A model generated the notes under the pieces. That model was not told where the DNA came from. It worked only from the letters and a program-made list of their open reading frames with translations, and ran no database searches. This document shows positions 39,722-49,000 of a DNA stretch of 64,000 nucleotides, piece after piece. The stretch's first letter is position 1. Every line of letters starts with the position of its first letter. The translations under genes were made by a program, and so were the position numbers. This DNA comes from a virus, in IMG/VR virus record IMGVR_UViG_3300021197_001203, positions 1 through 64,000 of that record; one strand, 5' to 3'.

Positions 39722-40008
39722 TCCATGCCCTCCAATTCATCGTTCAGATTCAATTCAACCATAGCATCAGGATTTTCCCACCATTCAGTCAATTGTTTGG
39801 CAAACTCATTCGCTATCGAAGGCGACATCGTTTTTATGAAATTGAAAAATTGTTGCATATCTCCTAATCTCTTTGCATACATATCTGATTCATTGATGAT
39901 AGAAAGCATGGAAGCATTATCCGCGTTTCGTTTTCTGAGGAAGTTAATCTGCATCTCATAGTGTGGTGAGTTTTTCACCAAATCCCATGCTCGGTCAAAT
40001 GCGGTCAT
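39718..40008 (-). CDS. Tagged hypothetical protein
   Basis: Starts MTAFDRAWDLVK. Confidence 0.7.
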   Translation of the reverse strand: MTAFDRAWDLVKNSPHYEMQINFLRKRNADNASMLSIINESDMYAKRLGDMQQFFNFIKTMSPSIANEFAKQLTEWWENPDAMVELNLNDELEGME

Positions 40009-40097
40009 TTCGTCACCACTATCCTACAACATGAACCATCGATCACCCTAAGATTACCCAAAGCATTCCCACAATTAGGGCAATAAGATTTACTCAT
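40005..40097 (-). CDS. Small Zn-ribbon peptide (30 aa, MSKSYCPNCGNALGNLRVIDGSCCRIVVTK)
   Basis: Exactly fills the gap with ATGA overlaps at both ends. Confidence 0.5.
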   Translation of the reverse strand: MSKSYCPNCGNALGNLRVIDGSCCRIVVTK

Positions 40098-41551
40098 GAG
40101 GCAATCATCCTCGCATACCACGGCATTTGTTCTAATTCACTTGGAGGAACTACCCAGCGTGTCATGTCGCCTTCTCCACCCTGACCTCTAAATTGATGGA
40201 GATTGTTTTTGTTTGCTAAGTTCCTAGCCAAATTAGACCCTCTTTCAACCCCCTCGTACCCTTTGTCAGCGATAAATTGTTCCATAAAATTAGATGTGAC
40301 TCCGGGGACATTTGACACTACTAAAGATTCAGGCTTGATTGCTTTGCCCGCTGTTTTCTGACTCCCAGCTCTATTTACCTGAGCGTTCTGAAGCTTGTCG
40401 TGTCGAGCCATCAATATACTCAGGGGCAAACCACGCTCATTTATTGCATCTATAACTGGTTTTGTTGCGCTATTGTAAGTAAATGTGGGTGTCCCCTGTT
40501 CAGCCAACTCTTTGTGTTTGTCATAAACATCACCAGTCAATTCATCTGACCATACGTGCTGACCTTTTTCGCCTCCGCCATAAGGGGGGTCTTGGCCTAC
40601 TATATCTTTGTCAGCTGCAATATCAGCCCTGTCATAAAAATCACTAAAGTCATCGTTTGTAAATGCCCAGTTTTCCATTATCTTAGACCACGGACTAACA
40701 TCCCACGGGTCCATCTCTAAGTTCCCTCCACCTGAGAAAAGATTCAGACCCTGAGCTGAAAAGATAGGACCTGTTTCAAGATCAGACCTACCAAACTTCC
40801 TGTCCCCGGTTTCGGCTTCAAGAAAATCAGCAGCTCTTTGTGCATAGGAGGGAGTCAATTTACCCCCAGCATAGGACTGTTTTGCCCCCGGTGCCGAATT
40901 AACAAGACCCCTACTATTTGTCCTCCAAATACTGTTATAGACTCCCCTACTTAACCCCAAAATATTTCTCATCAATTCCTGTTTTTCTTGGGTACTAAGA
41001 TTTCCTGAACGATAATCGGGTAATTTTTGATTTACCGTTGCTCTTAATTCATTGACCCTTTGGGGCATATATACCCCATCTTCAAATACAGAATTAGGAT
41101 TTAGTTTTCTAGCCTCTTCTATATCCGCAGCTGTAATTTCAGGTAGCGTGTGCAACAACTCAGAACCTTGATTCGGCGAAGAAAACAAACGAGGCTCATC
41201 ACCTACTCTATACAAAATATCTTTTGGATCGAATGCTAATGCTTCGGGGTTATCTCTCATCATTTCATTCATATCAACTAAAAGCTGGTCCTTATCATTA
41301 CCAAAATAACCCTCTTCAGCTCTAACCGCTAAGGGGACAGCCAAGCTACCCATAAACGGTTCAACCAATCTGCGGCCAGTGGTACCCCCGCCGCCTCTTC
41401 TTGACTTACCATACAGATAAGCATTGATCGCACGATACATCGGGTCGTCTTTGTTGCCAGCTACTTTGTAGGCTGGAGGCGCAGCTGTGTTATACTTCAG
41501 CGCGTTTAGAATCTGCTGCATAGCAGGATGGGATTTGCGAAGACTAGCCAT
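40094..41551 (-). CDS. Dam-like (D12 class) DNA adenine methyltransferase, with insertions
   Basis: KVAGNK (motif X), VEPFMGSLAV (motif I), GNDKD..L, N..WRTN..G..N and DPPY (motif IV). Start MASLRKSH at 41551 after a GGTGA RBS. Confidence 0.75.
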   Translation of the reverse strand: MASLRKSHPAMQQILNALKYNTAAPPAYKVAGNKDDPMYRAINAYLYGKSRRGGGGTTGRRLVEPFMGSLAVPLAVRAEEGYFGNDKDQLLVDMNEMMRDNPEALAFDPKDILYRVGDEPRLFSSPNQGSELLHTLPEITAADIEEARKLNPNSVFEDGVYMPQRVNELRATVNQKLPDYRSGNLSTQEKQELMRNILGLSRGVYNSIWRTNSRGLVNSAPGAKQSYAGGKLTPSYAQRAADFLEAETGDRKFGRSDLETGPIFSAQGLNLFSGGGNLEMDPWDVSPWSKIMENWAFTNDDFSDFYDRADIAADKDIVGQDPPYGGGEKGQHVWSDELTGDVYDKHKELAEQGTPTFTYNSATKPVIDAINERGLPLSILMARHDKLQNAQVNRAGSQKTAGKAIKPESLVVSNVPGVTSNFMEQFIADKGYEGVERGSNLARNLANKNNLHQFRGQGGEGDMTRWVVPPSELEQMPWYARMIAS

Positions 41552-41553
41552 GA

Positions 41554-42444
41554 TCACCACTGTGGTTTCCCATAGGGTTTTACCCATTTTTCACAAGTCG
41601 TACAATATTTGTCATTCCATTCCCCTCTTGCTAGATTTAGATTGCCATCGCAATATGGACAAGTTTTTTGCTGCCTTTTGGAAATTATGGAAAATGATTT
41701 ACGAAGTTTTCTTTTATTATCCATCATTTGATGGTATCTAGCCAAAGCGGGATGCCACTGCGCCCTTGCTAAAGGATTCGGGTTCGGCATCAAACGTCTA
41801 TCATCCACAGCTGCATTTATGCCCATTCTTGCTAAATGCTGGTCCTGTTCCAATTTCCTGTCTCGTTTTCCTGAAGAATCCGTTATAGGGTCAATCTCAC
41901 CCAAAGTCGCTGCATATTCCTCTTGGTAATCATCTAACCTCTCTTCTTGAGATATTCCCGAAGAAGATAATGCCTGATGTATTGCCTCATGAGAAGCTAT
42001 CTCATTCATCCGGCTACCCCAACTAATGTCCTCATCCTCAGTCAAATCTCGGTCTAAGTCATCAATATTTTCCATTCCTAATATCTGAGCTAATACCTTT
42101 TCAGGATGGTTTCTAGCTGAATAAGGGCCTCTCCACTTGAGGGGGGCATAATTATCGCCACGCTCATTTGTCGCAATTCCGGTTTCTTTTAACCGTCTAA
42201 GCGGGCCAGCACTTGTTGTTTGACCTAAAGCACCCCCATGAGGTGCCTCTTCGCCCCAATCATCTAAGTAATCAGAAGTCCCTATTCTTGATTCAAGTTC
42301 TTCTTCTGAAGGGTCTCTTGTTGACGTTTCCCAATTGCTAGTCGTCAACGTGCTGGGTGCAGGAAAGCCAAATCTTGTCGGTGTTCTAGGATATGAAATC
42401 CTTGCCTTTACCAACTCCCAAGAGCTATCAAAGGCATCCGCCAT
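41554..42444 (-). CDS. Tagged zincin-type metallopeptidase-like protein
   Basis: Starts MADAFDSSWELVK. HEAIH with downstream EEYAA, and a C-terminal CPYC..CTTC. Confidence 0.65.
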   Translation of the reverse strand: MADAFDSSWELVKARISYPRTPTRFGFPAPSTLTTSNWETSTRDPSEEELESRIGTSDYLDDWGEEAPHGGALGQTTSAGPLRRLKETGIATNERGDNYAPLKWRGPYSARNHPEKVLAQILGMENIDDLDRDLTEDEDISWGSRMNEIASHEAIHQALSSSGISQEERLDDYQEEYAATLGEIDPITDSSGKRDRKLEQDQHLARMGINAAVDDRRLMPNPNPLARAQWHPALARYHQMMDNKRKLRKSFSIISKRQQKTCPYCDGNLNLARGEWNDKYCTTCEKWVKPYGKPQW

Positions 42445-42450
42445 GTATGT

Positions 42451-42642
42451 TCACTCTTTACCATCCTTCTTTTGCTTTACCATTATCTCGGTCCAAGCAT
42501 GACTATGTAAATCGTCCATCAGCTTACGTTGTGTTTCTAAATAATCACGCCATATCGGTTTCCGATTAGACTTCTCCATTTCCTCTAATTGAATATCCCA
42601 ATACTCTTCGGTCATACTCATATTACTCTTCCCAATCTTCAA
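42451..42642 (-). CDS. Hypothetical protein
   Basis: Short ORF. The true start is probably MSMTEEYW. Confidence 0.5.
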   Translation of the reverse strand: MKIGKSNMSMTEEYWDIQLEEMEKSNRKPIWRDYLETQRKLMDDLHSHAWTEIMVKQKKDGKE

Positions 42643-42966
42643 ATGATTCTGTCATAAATGCTTGCCACATTTTACAAGCACCATTGTGATGTTTTCTATC
42701 TTTCATTGTATTCCTCCTTTTCTAGTTGCTACCCAAAACCAAAAGGTATGAGAAACCGACCAAAACCACTTATCTAGCTTGCTCATTGTTTGCCTCATCG
42801 ATCAAAGTAAGGGTGAGGTGGCATATTTGCGTGGCGACAATTACAAAGAATGTATTGACATAAAACATCGCCATTTCCAATTTTATTGGTTGAGAAACTA
42901 TGCTTTCTAGTATCACGGTCTCCAACATGGTGTAAAAATTACACCGATTGTATTAATCTTTTTTGG

Positions 42967-43191
42967 TTATTTTTTCCAAAATCTATCCTCTAATTGCCTT
43001 TTCTCTCTTAACCGCTTCCTTGCTGCGGCCTTTGCACGACCCCTGCCAGCAGTACCGTCTCTCCTACGCTGGCTCTTTTCCTTGAGATAACATTTACCAC
43101 ACATACGCTGAAGCTCACTGGTCTGTTCACCGATCCCATTTGCCCTGCGATTAAACTCTCCACAGGTCGGACATCGGCGGGCCGAAGACAT
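42967..43191 (-). CDS. Basic Zn-finger protein
   Basis: CPTC...CGKC with an Arg/Lys-rich tail. Confidence 0.6.
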   Translation of the reverse strand: MSSARRCPTCGEFNRRANGIGEQTSELQRMCGKCYLKEKSQRRRDGTAGRGRAKAAARKRLREKRQLEDRFWKK

Positions 43192-43221
43192 AAATCGAAT
43201 AAAAAGTGTTAATTATTTAAC

Positions 43222-43404
43222 TTAACGGCTTTTTTTGTCGCTTTGAACTTGAACTCGCACATCTTGTGCGGTTCCCTTGATAGATTGCATAGCCACACGA
43301 ACTCTTGTTCCAGCTGCGCCATTACCTCTATCGTGCTTCTCAGCATCTGCGAGGGCGTTTTCTAGTTTTGTCATCATTCCTTTGATCATATCTGCAACAG
43401 ACAT
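43222..43404 (-). CDS. Histone H1-like Hc1-family nucleoid protein
   Basis: DAEK..RGN.AAGTRVR..MQ..K..AQ..R matches the Hc1 core. Leaderless, with TTATAACT at 43426-43433. Confidence 0.7.
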   Translation of the reverse strand: MSVADMIKGMMTKLENALADAEKHDRGNGAAGTRVRVAMQSIKGTAQDVRVQVQSDKKSR

Positions 43405-43479
43405 GACACGGGTGCGAATCCTGTTAGTTATAACAATTGTTGTGAAATAAGGGCATATACCCCCTATTTAGAGGTATAA

Positions 43480-44097
43480 TTAGCAATTCCATCTATCAAG
43501 AGCTGCGCCCTTTGGTGTTTTCTTGCCTTCTTTGCTGGTTGGACCCTTAACCCCACCCATTCTAGCGCAGAATGATTTACGCCTCTTTGCCTTCTTACTG
43601 TCAGGGTTGAGGGTTGATGGCTTCTCGGTCACTGGTGGTTTCAGGTTAGCACCTTCTTCACGCTTTGCTTTAGCTCGACCCTTAGCATTCAATCCACCTT
43701 CTTTGCTGTGTTTGTTAGGATTGTAGCCATGAAACGGTTTGTCATCCTTTTTCTCAAGAATATTATTGATCGAAACACAAATACCACAATTACAGGTTTT
43801 AGTCAGCTTGTCCCAGTTCTTCTTGTCAGGGTAGTCCTTGTCTCCGGGTTTAGCTGCCTTCTCGCCTCTTTTCTTTTTGGCGTGAACATTATCCCAAAGA
43901 CCACGTTTGCCTTTATCCATGTAAGTCATACTCTTTTCGATTTCATCCTCCTGATTTGCTGAAACACAAGTATAACAACTGTGTTTACCCAAATCATCCA
44001 TACCGTGAGCAGGGTCGCCACAATAATGACAATCAGGGCCTTCTCCCTCATACGGCCATTCTTTCAAGACACCCCAAGCCTTGTCGAATGCGGTCAT
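43480..44097 (-). CDS. Tagged multi-module basic protein
   Basis: Starts MTAFDKAWGVLK, then a Zn finger, GLWDNVHAKKKRGEK and the common phage basic module GGLNAKGR..NLKPPV..RRKSFCARM..W.C. Confidence 0.7.
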   Translation of the reverse strand: MTAFDKAWGVLKEWPYEGEGPDCHYCGDPAHGMDDLGKHSCYTCVSANQEDEIEKSMTYMDKGKRGLWDNVHAKKKRGEKAAKPGDKDYPDKKNWDKLTKTCNCGICVSINNILEKKDDKPFHGYNPNKHSKEGGLNAKGRAKAKREEGANLKPPVTEKPSTLNPDSKKAKRRKSFCARMGGVKGPTSKEGKKTPKGAALDRWNC

Positions 44098-44468
44098 TCC
44101 ATGTCCTCCGGCATACCATTATTGAAAAATCCCTGTAATATGTTCTGAAGGTAGGTATCAGCAGCAGCATCGTCATCTTGGTATTCATTATTCAATTCTG
44201 AGATACCCGTTTCTTGTTCTGATAATGAAGGCCCGTGATCTGCACAATAATATCCTGTGTCGCTACCAAAAAGCCCTTCCCATGAGGCTATATCGCCACA
44301 ACCGGGATGCTCACACATGGGATAATCCTCGTCATCATAATCATTACTGTCAATTTTGAACCATGATGGTGTTTTTTGATTCCACGGCAGGGGACCACCC
44401 TCATCATCGTGAGTCCTCCCTTCGATTGTGTTTTTCACCAAATCCCATGCTTCATCAAATGCGGTCAT
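44094..44468 (-). CDS. Tagged acidic Zn-finger protein
   Basis: Start reassigned to MTAFDEAWDLVK at 44468. CEHPGC...YCADH. Confidence 0.7.
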   Translation of the reverse strand: MTAFDEAWDLVKNTIEGRTHDDEGGPLPWNQKTPSWFKIDSNDYDDEDYPMCEHPGCGDIASWEGLFGSDTGYYCADHGPSLSEQETGISELNNEYQDDDAAADTYLQNILQGFFNNGMPEDME

Positions 44469-44469
44469 C

Positions 44470-44757
44470 TTACTCAATCCTTCCTCGATCCTTGTAGCAC
44501 CCTTTACAAAAGGCATTACCTTGCTTTGATTCGTAGCTTATGTTTTCATCGTTAAACTCTTTACCGCACAGCTGGCATTCATTACCTGCATAGCCGCCCG
44601 GACCCATCTTGACAATGTTCCAAGCTCGGTCAAAAGATTTCTTTACGTCTTTCGCAGCATAACAAGGACACTTAGGCTCAGTCTTAGAGCATTTCATGAT
44701 GCCCTGCTTCATACAAGCACAAGGGTTAGACTTGGTGGCCCCGCAACAGCAGCCCAC
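44470..44757 (-). CDS. Cys-rich protein with internal tag
   Basis: Metallothionein-like CCCG..CAC..C..CPC N-half, internal SFDRAWNIVK, then CQLC..CKGC. Confidence 0.65.
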   Translation of the reverse strand: MGCCCGATKSNPCACMKQGIMKCSKTEPKCPCYAAKDVKKSFDRAWNIVKMGPGGYAGNECQLCGKEFNDENISYESKQGNAFCKGCYKDRGRIE

Positions 44758-45162
44758 TTACATCAAGCCTCGTAGCATATCCATGAGCTTAATTTTGTCA
44801 AGAGTCCCATAAATGTCTTCACCTTCGTAATCACCCATGAAATCAGGGGCTAGTGGTTCGTATGGACCGCCTTCATAATGTCGGTCGAATAATTCAGACA
44901 TATCAGGACGGTCTTTCGTATATTGAGCGTAAGGACCCGCTTCGGTCCCATCATATCCTATATCTCGATAAACTTCAGGGTCTGACATCAACATTTCAAT
45001 CATAGGAACCATACTAGCTGGTACTTCCATAGTCACCATCCCTCCTTCTATGTCTTGGGCTATTGATTGTTGATCTGCAAAAACATCTTCATCTGTTCTG
45101 CTTAACTCTTTATTAACGACATTCCAGCTTTGCTCAAAAACAAAATCTTCGGCATCCGACAT
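44758..45162 (-). CDS. Tagged acidic protein, first gene of the minus-strand arm
   Basis: Start reassigned to MSDAEDFVFEQSWNVVNK at 45162. TATA-like CTATTAAC at 45184-45191. Confidence 0.65.
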   Translation of the reverse strand: MSDAEDFVFEQSWNVVNKELSRTDEDVFADQQSIAQDIEGGMVTMEVPASMVPMIEMLMSDPEVYRDIGYDGTEAGPYAQYTKDRPDMSELFDRHYEGGPYEPLAPDFMGDYEGEDIYGTLDKIKLMDMLRGLM

Positions 45163-45199
45163 ATCACACGCCACGGTACCATCGTTAATAGAATTGTCG

Positions 45200-45940
45200 A
45201 AAAAAAATACCCCGAAAAAAAATACCCGAATATACTCCAAAAACACAGGTTTTTTCGATCAAAATGCCACCATGACAGCCCTGACAAAAAAATATCAGAA
45301 AAATCGCCGAGCTGCGTATGCGGTGAGGCGGGCGCAGCCCGCCAAAAAAAAAAAAAATATCGGCACCGAAGCCTAGCCATTGCTCAATGGGTGTGGCGGG
45401 CTAACCACCATTCACCAATGCCATTGCCCAGCCCCATTCAATAGCTAAACCCATTCGATCAGACCAGCTTGAGAACACATTGGTGAATGGCTGGGCTGAA
45501 ACGCCCAGCAACACACCCATTCAAGCCTAAATCTAGGGCTATTGACGGCTATCTGAGGCCATTCACGCCCATCCAGCCCACCGTATATCATTCGGGCTGG
45601 TTGCATTGGTCAATGAGGCCACATTGACACGCCATTCACCCATTCGCCAATCCCATTGACCAATGCCCAGCCAAAGCGCAGATGTTCGTGATATAATGAA
45701 AGTGGGTTATTGGGATAGGTGTCTTAGGTTGGCTGGACGAAAAGAGCATACTGCGGGCTTATCGAGACACGTATGACACGATGGACAGACACAATATACT
45801 ACTTTTACAAAGAACGATTTAATTATACTCTGATTTAGAGTATTATAGAGAGGCTGTCCAGTGTCCAACGTGGGTTTTGTCCTATGTTATCGATGTCTGT
45901 TAGAAACAGCCTAGAAAGGGGTGTTTAGGCTGGTTTGACC
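45200..45940. other. Non-coding strand-switch region (candidate origin/packaging or genome-end region)
   Basis: Lies between the divergent arms. A-tracts (A14 at 45344-45357), repeated dyads and imperfect hairpin 45904-45936. Confidence 0.55.
45378..45666. repeat. Repeated dyad CATT[GC]nn[CG]AAT[GC] (6 copies) forming two 13-bp inverted-repeat pairs
   Basis: Copies at 45378, 45409, 45478, 45604, 45641 and 45654. Perfect inverted repeats 45408-45420/45478-45490 and 45603-45615/45654-45666. Confidence 0.8.
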
Positions 45941-45948
45941 AACAGTGC

Positions 45949-45997
45949 TTAAGTAGGGTGTTCAACCCCGTAGGGGTATGTAGTCCGATGTGGCTAC
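45949..45997 (+). promoter_or_regulatory. Early-type promoter: TATA-GGGTG plus 5' hairpin
   Basis: TTAAGTA GGGTG, with hairpin GTAGTCC..GGCTAC at 45980-45997. Confidence 0.6.
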
Positions 45998-46018
45998 GAT
46001 TAAATGGAAGTGTAAAAT

Positions 46019-49000
46019 ATGAGTATGACAGAAATAATGAATGTAATGAGAATGATACTAGGCAGTCTATTGCCTAGCGTATTCGGCCAAAAGGCTGGAT
46101 TAGAGATGACTGTAATGAGTGAGGCTAGAATCGGTGAAGCTGCCGATCAATTATACCACACCGATTTAGTGCTAATACAACAAGAACTACGCACATTATC
46201 GCACGTTGTTATCACCAATGAGTGGACTGGTGAACACCCAAAGAGAACCGATATGACACATGGTCTTGAAGCACAAATGAAAGTGGACAGATTAATCAAA
46301 GCGTCAGCAACACTAGAGACATACGCAAATGGCTGTGAATGTATCGAATGTAAGTTTGTAGTAGCAAAGGAGATGCCTAGCCTAAAGAATGTAGTATTAG
46401 GGACACCAGTGTCCTCATTCACATGGACAGGGACAGGTATGGTCGAAGAGGCCATTACACCTGACCCAGCACTAGAATTAGATGTGCCTATTACAGAAGA
46501 TGAAATTAGGTATCACATGAAGAAGTGGAACGGTGTAATACGGTCAACCTTCGTATGGCAACACAAAATGAATGCTGCTGAATTGATCGAAGATTTGCGT
46601 AAAGCGTCTTATCCTGCGGCTGGATATGAACCGACCTATGTTGGTGGTGGCAGTGATGCAGAACACGATTGGGTTGAGGCTAACTATAATTTCGATTCAG
46701 AATATGATAGAGAAAAGAATCGAATGAATGCTTCAATGGTAGTAGTGAATGAGGCTAGAACTGCAAATGGGTATAACCTCGATAGGGATAGGACAATACA
46801 CGATGTTCAGCCAGTAGTTAAGTCAATGAAAGAAGTGGAGGGCTGGACACAAGAGATGCTCTATATTATTATCCGTGATAGCACAAACGCATCTGATCGA
46901 GTGGAGGCGGCTGAAATGCTTGTTGAGCTAAAACAGAAGCAATTACACAGCTATCTGAAAGACAACCTAAAACCATCTGTCTTTAGAGCCGTGGATTTTG
47001 TTATTGGTTGTATGCCTAGCGACCTAGATTTGAACACGACAGTGGTGCAGGAATCCCGTGTTAATGATGAAGAACTTAGAGGCTTTCAAGACTATCGCAT
47101 GGGTGCAACACATCAGGCTACTGATGGTCTATACTATGAGACACCATTAGATGAATGCCTGTGGCAGATTCTTGACCGAGAAGATGTGGAGGCTAATTGT
47201 GGCTTAGAAGAGGGTGAAATAACCGAAGCGGCTTGGAAACAATTTCTTGCGTTGCATAAGGATGCCTTCGCTAGTGCGGTTTGTGCGTTGGCTTCGGAAT
47301 ATTACAATGATTATCATACACCAAAAGATGACTTGAGCGATACAGTAGTGCAGGAATCAAGAACTAGAATGTCATATATGTTCAAAGAAGGAGATGAATA
47401 TCCAGTCTCAGTGGCAAATAAATCTCAAGCTCACAAAATGCTTGTTCATATGATTGCTCATGCTTCGGGGGACGGCACACCTATTGCTATCGTTGTGGCC
47501 AACACATATGCAGATGAAGCCTTCGACATACCTATGGAAACTCCACATTCAGGAGATGAGTTATTGCATGGGACATATCAAGCAGTCAAAGAAGTTAGAG
47601 ACGGACAGAGCGTTCATGTTCAATTAAGTCGAGACGATGAAAGATTCGATCACACGACAGTAAAAACTAGCCATGTATGGGACAGGAGGACTTTGACTAA
47701 TTCAGACATTAACAGACTTAGAGAGCAATGGAATAGAGAGTTAGATGGTTTAGATTCAGACTCAAGATTCTTTCCTTATTCGATAACTGGTGCGAGGGCT
47801 GCTTCTAGCTTAATTGGCCAGCTTCTGACTAAAGCAGAAGATGATGATTATGGCGGTTCAGTAATGGTCAATGTTCTATGTGCCGAATACAAAGCAGAAC
47901 AGGTGTTGCGTGTGTATAATTTGAAAGATGAGTTTGGCGATCAGATTATGTCTCAAGCGGCTGGGTATAATCTCCCAATGACCGATGTAAGTCTGTTAGA
48001 GATGAGTCATTCAGTACCACTCATTGGTTATCGTGAGGCTAAAAATACCTTTATTTCATTAGATGGAGGTCGCTGGAGTCTTTCATGGGCTATTACTGGT
48101 AGTTATGATGATATGACTAATGAGTCGCCTAGAATAGAGATTAGCAACCATTACGTTATTGACAAATCAATTAGAGATTTGTGCGACCACATATTAACAC
48201 GAAAAGACAGTGGTCGCTTACTAACCACAGGACAGGTAAAGTCTGATGTGTTAGTCAAAGCCACAAGTAAAGAAAACACATATCTTGTTTCAGACCACCA
48301 GTTAAAGATAGTCAAGAAGGATTTGGCTGACCTTCGATCAGCCGCACAGCTCTCGCTAGATGACACAGTAGTCCATGAGGTTAGATTGGACATACCTGAT
48401 GAGCATTGGGACACACTGATGGAGACATTACTACTAGATACTGAAACAATGGCAATAGAGCCGTCTGAGAGGGACAGAATACGTGAGGCTTTGGATAGTG
48501 TCGAGACAGTCAATCCTTTCTTTGATAGAGGTCAATTGCATTGTGGATTTGATGTTCTTAAGAATCCACTTTACAGAATATCTCTTGCTGATGCGATTAA
48601 TGTATGTAAAGCAGGAGGATTAGTGTGGTTGGCTAATGAATCTCAAGATAACTATGGAGGGGAGGACAGCAGACACTATTCATACCCCGTTGAGAACCAT
48701 GAAGACCTATATGATTATGAAGATAGTGAAGAATTATTGATCGTATTAGAACCAATGTTTTACAATAAGCATGGTAATTTACTGGAGGGACATATACTAC
48801 CTAATTCTAAAGATGGTGTATGGAAGGTGTCATTGACTCTAGCTAGAGATGCGAGACATAGATTAGCTGATGAAACACACTTCGATGAAGAGCATATTGA
48901 AGGCGAAATTAAGTCATGGTTAGAGGACATAGACTACCGTGTCCTTGAGTGCGACATTATAGATGTATCAAACATCCCTAATGCTAACGATGGGGTCTAT

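Noticed and set aside
42620-42930. Several tiny minus-strand ORFs (e.g. MKDRKHHNGACKMWQAF...)
   Set aside because: Plausible, but too short and without motifs to support a call.
1373-44138. Many plus-strand ORFs in the track (e.g. 1657-2061, 16551-16952, 26336-26719, 37764-38291)
   Set aside because: They are antisense shadows of longer minus-strand genes, with no RBS or protein motifs. Only 35399-36274 is accepted.
38385-44468. Tag repeats as attC sites or a diversity-generating retroelement
   Set aside because: The repeats are coding, not palindromic. There is no integrase or reverse transcriptase in the window and no adenine-specific variation.
45102-45444. ORFs across the A-tract region and the Phe-rich 5' extension of 44758-45246
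   Set aside because: They translate homopolymer runs (KKKK/FFFF). The tag and TATA spacing support a start at 45162.
45378-45666. Possible CRISPR or mini-CRISPR array
   Set aside because: Repeats are only ~12 bp, degenerate, irregularly spaced and in both orientations. No cas genes were seen.
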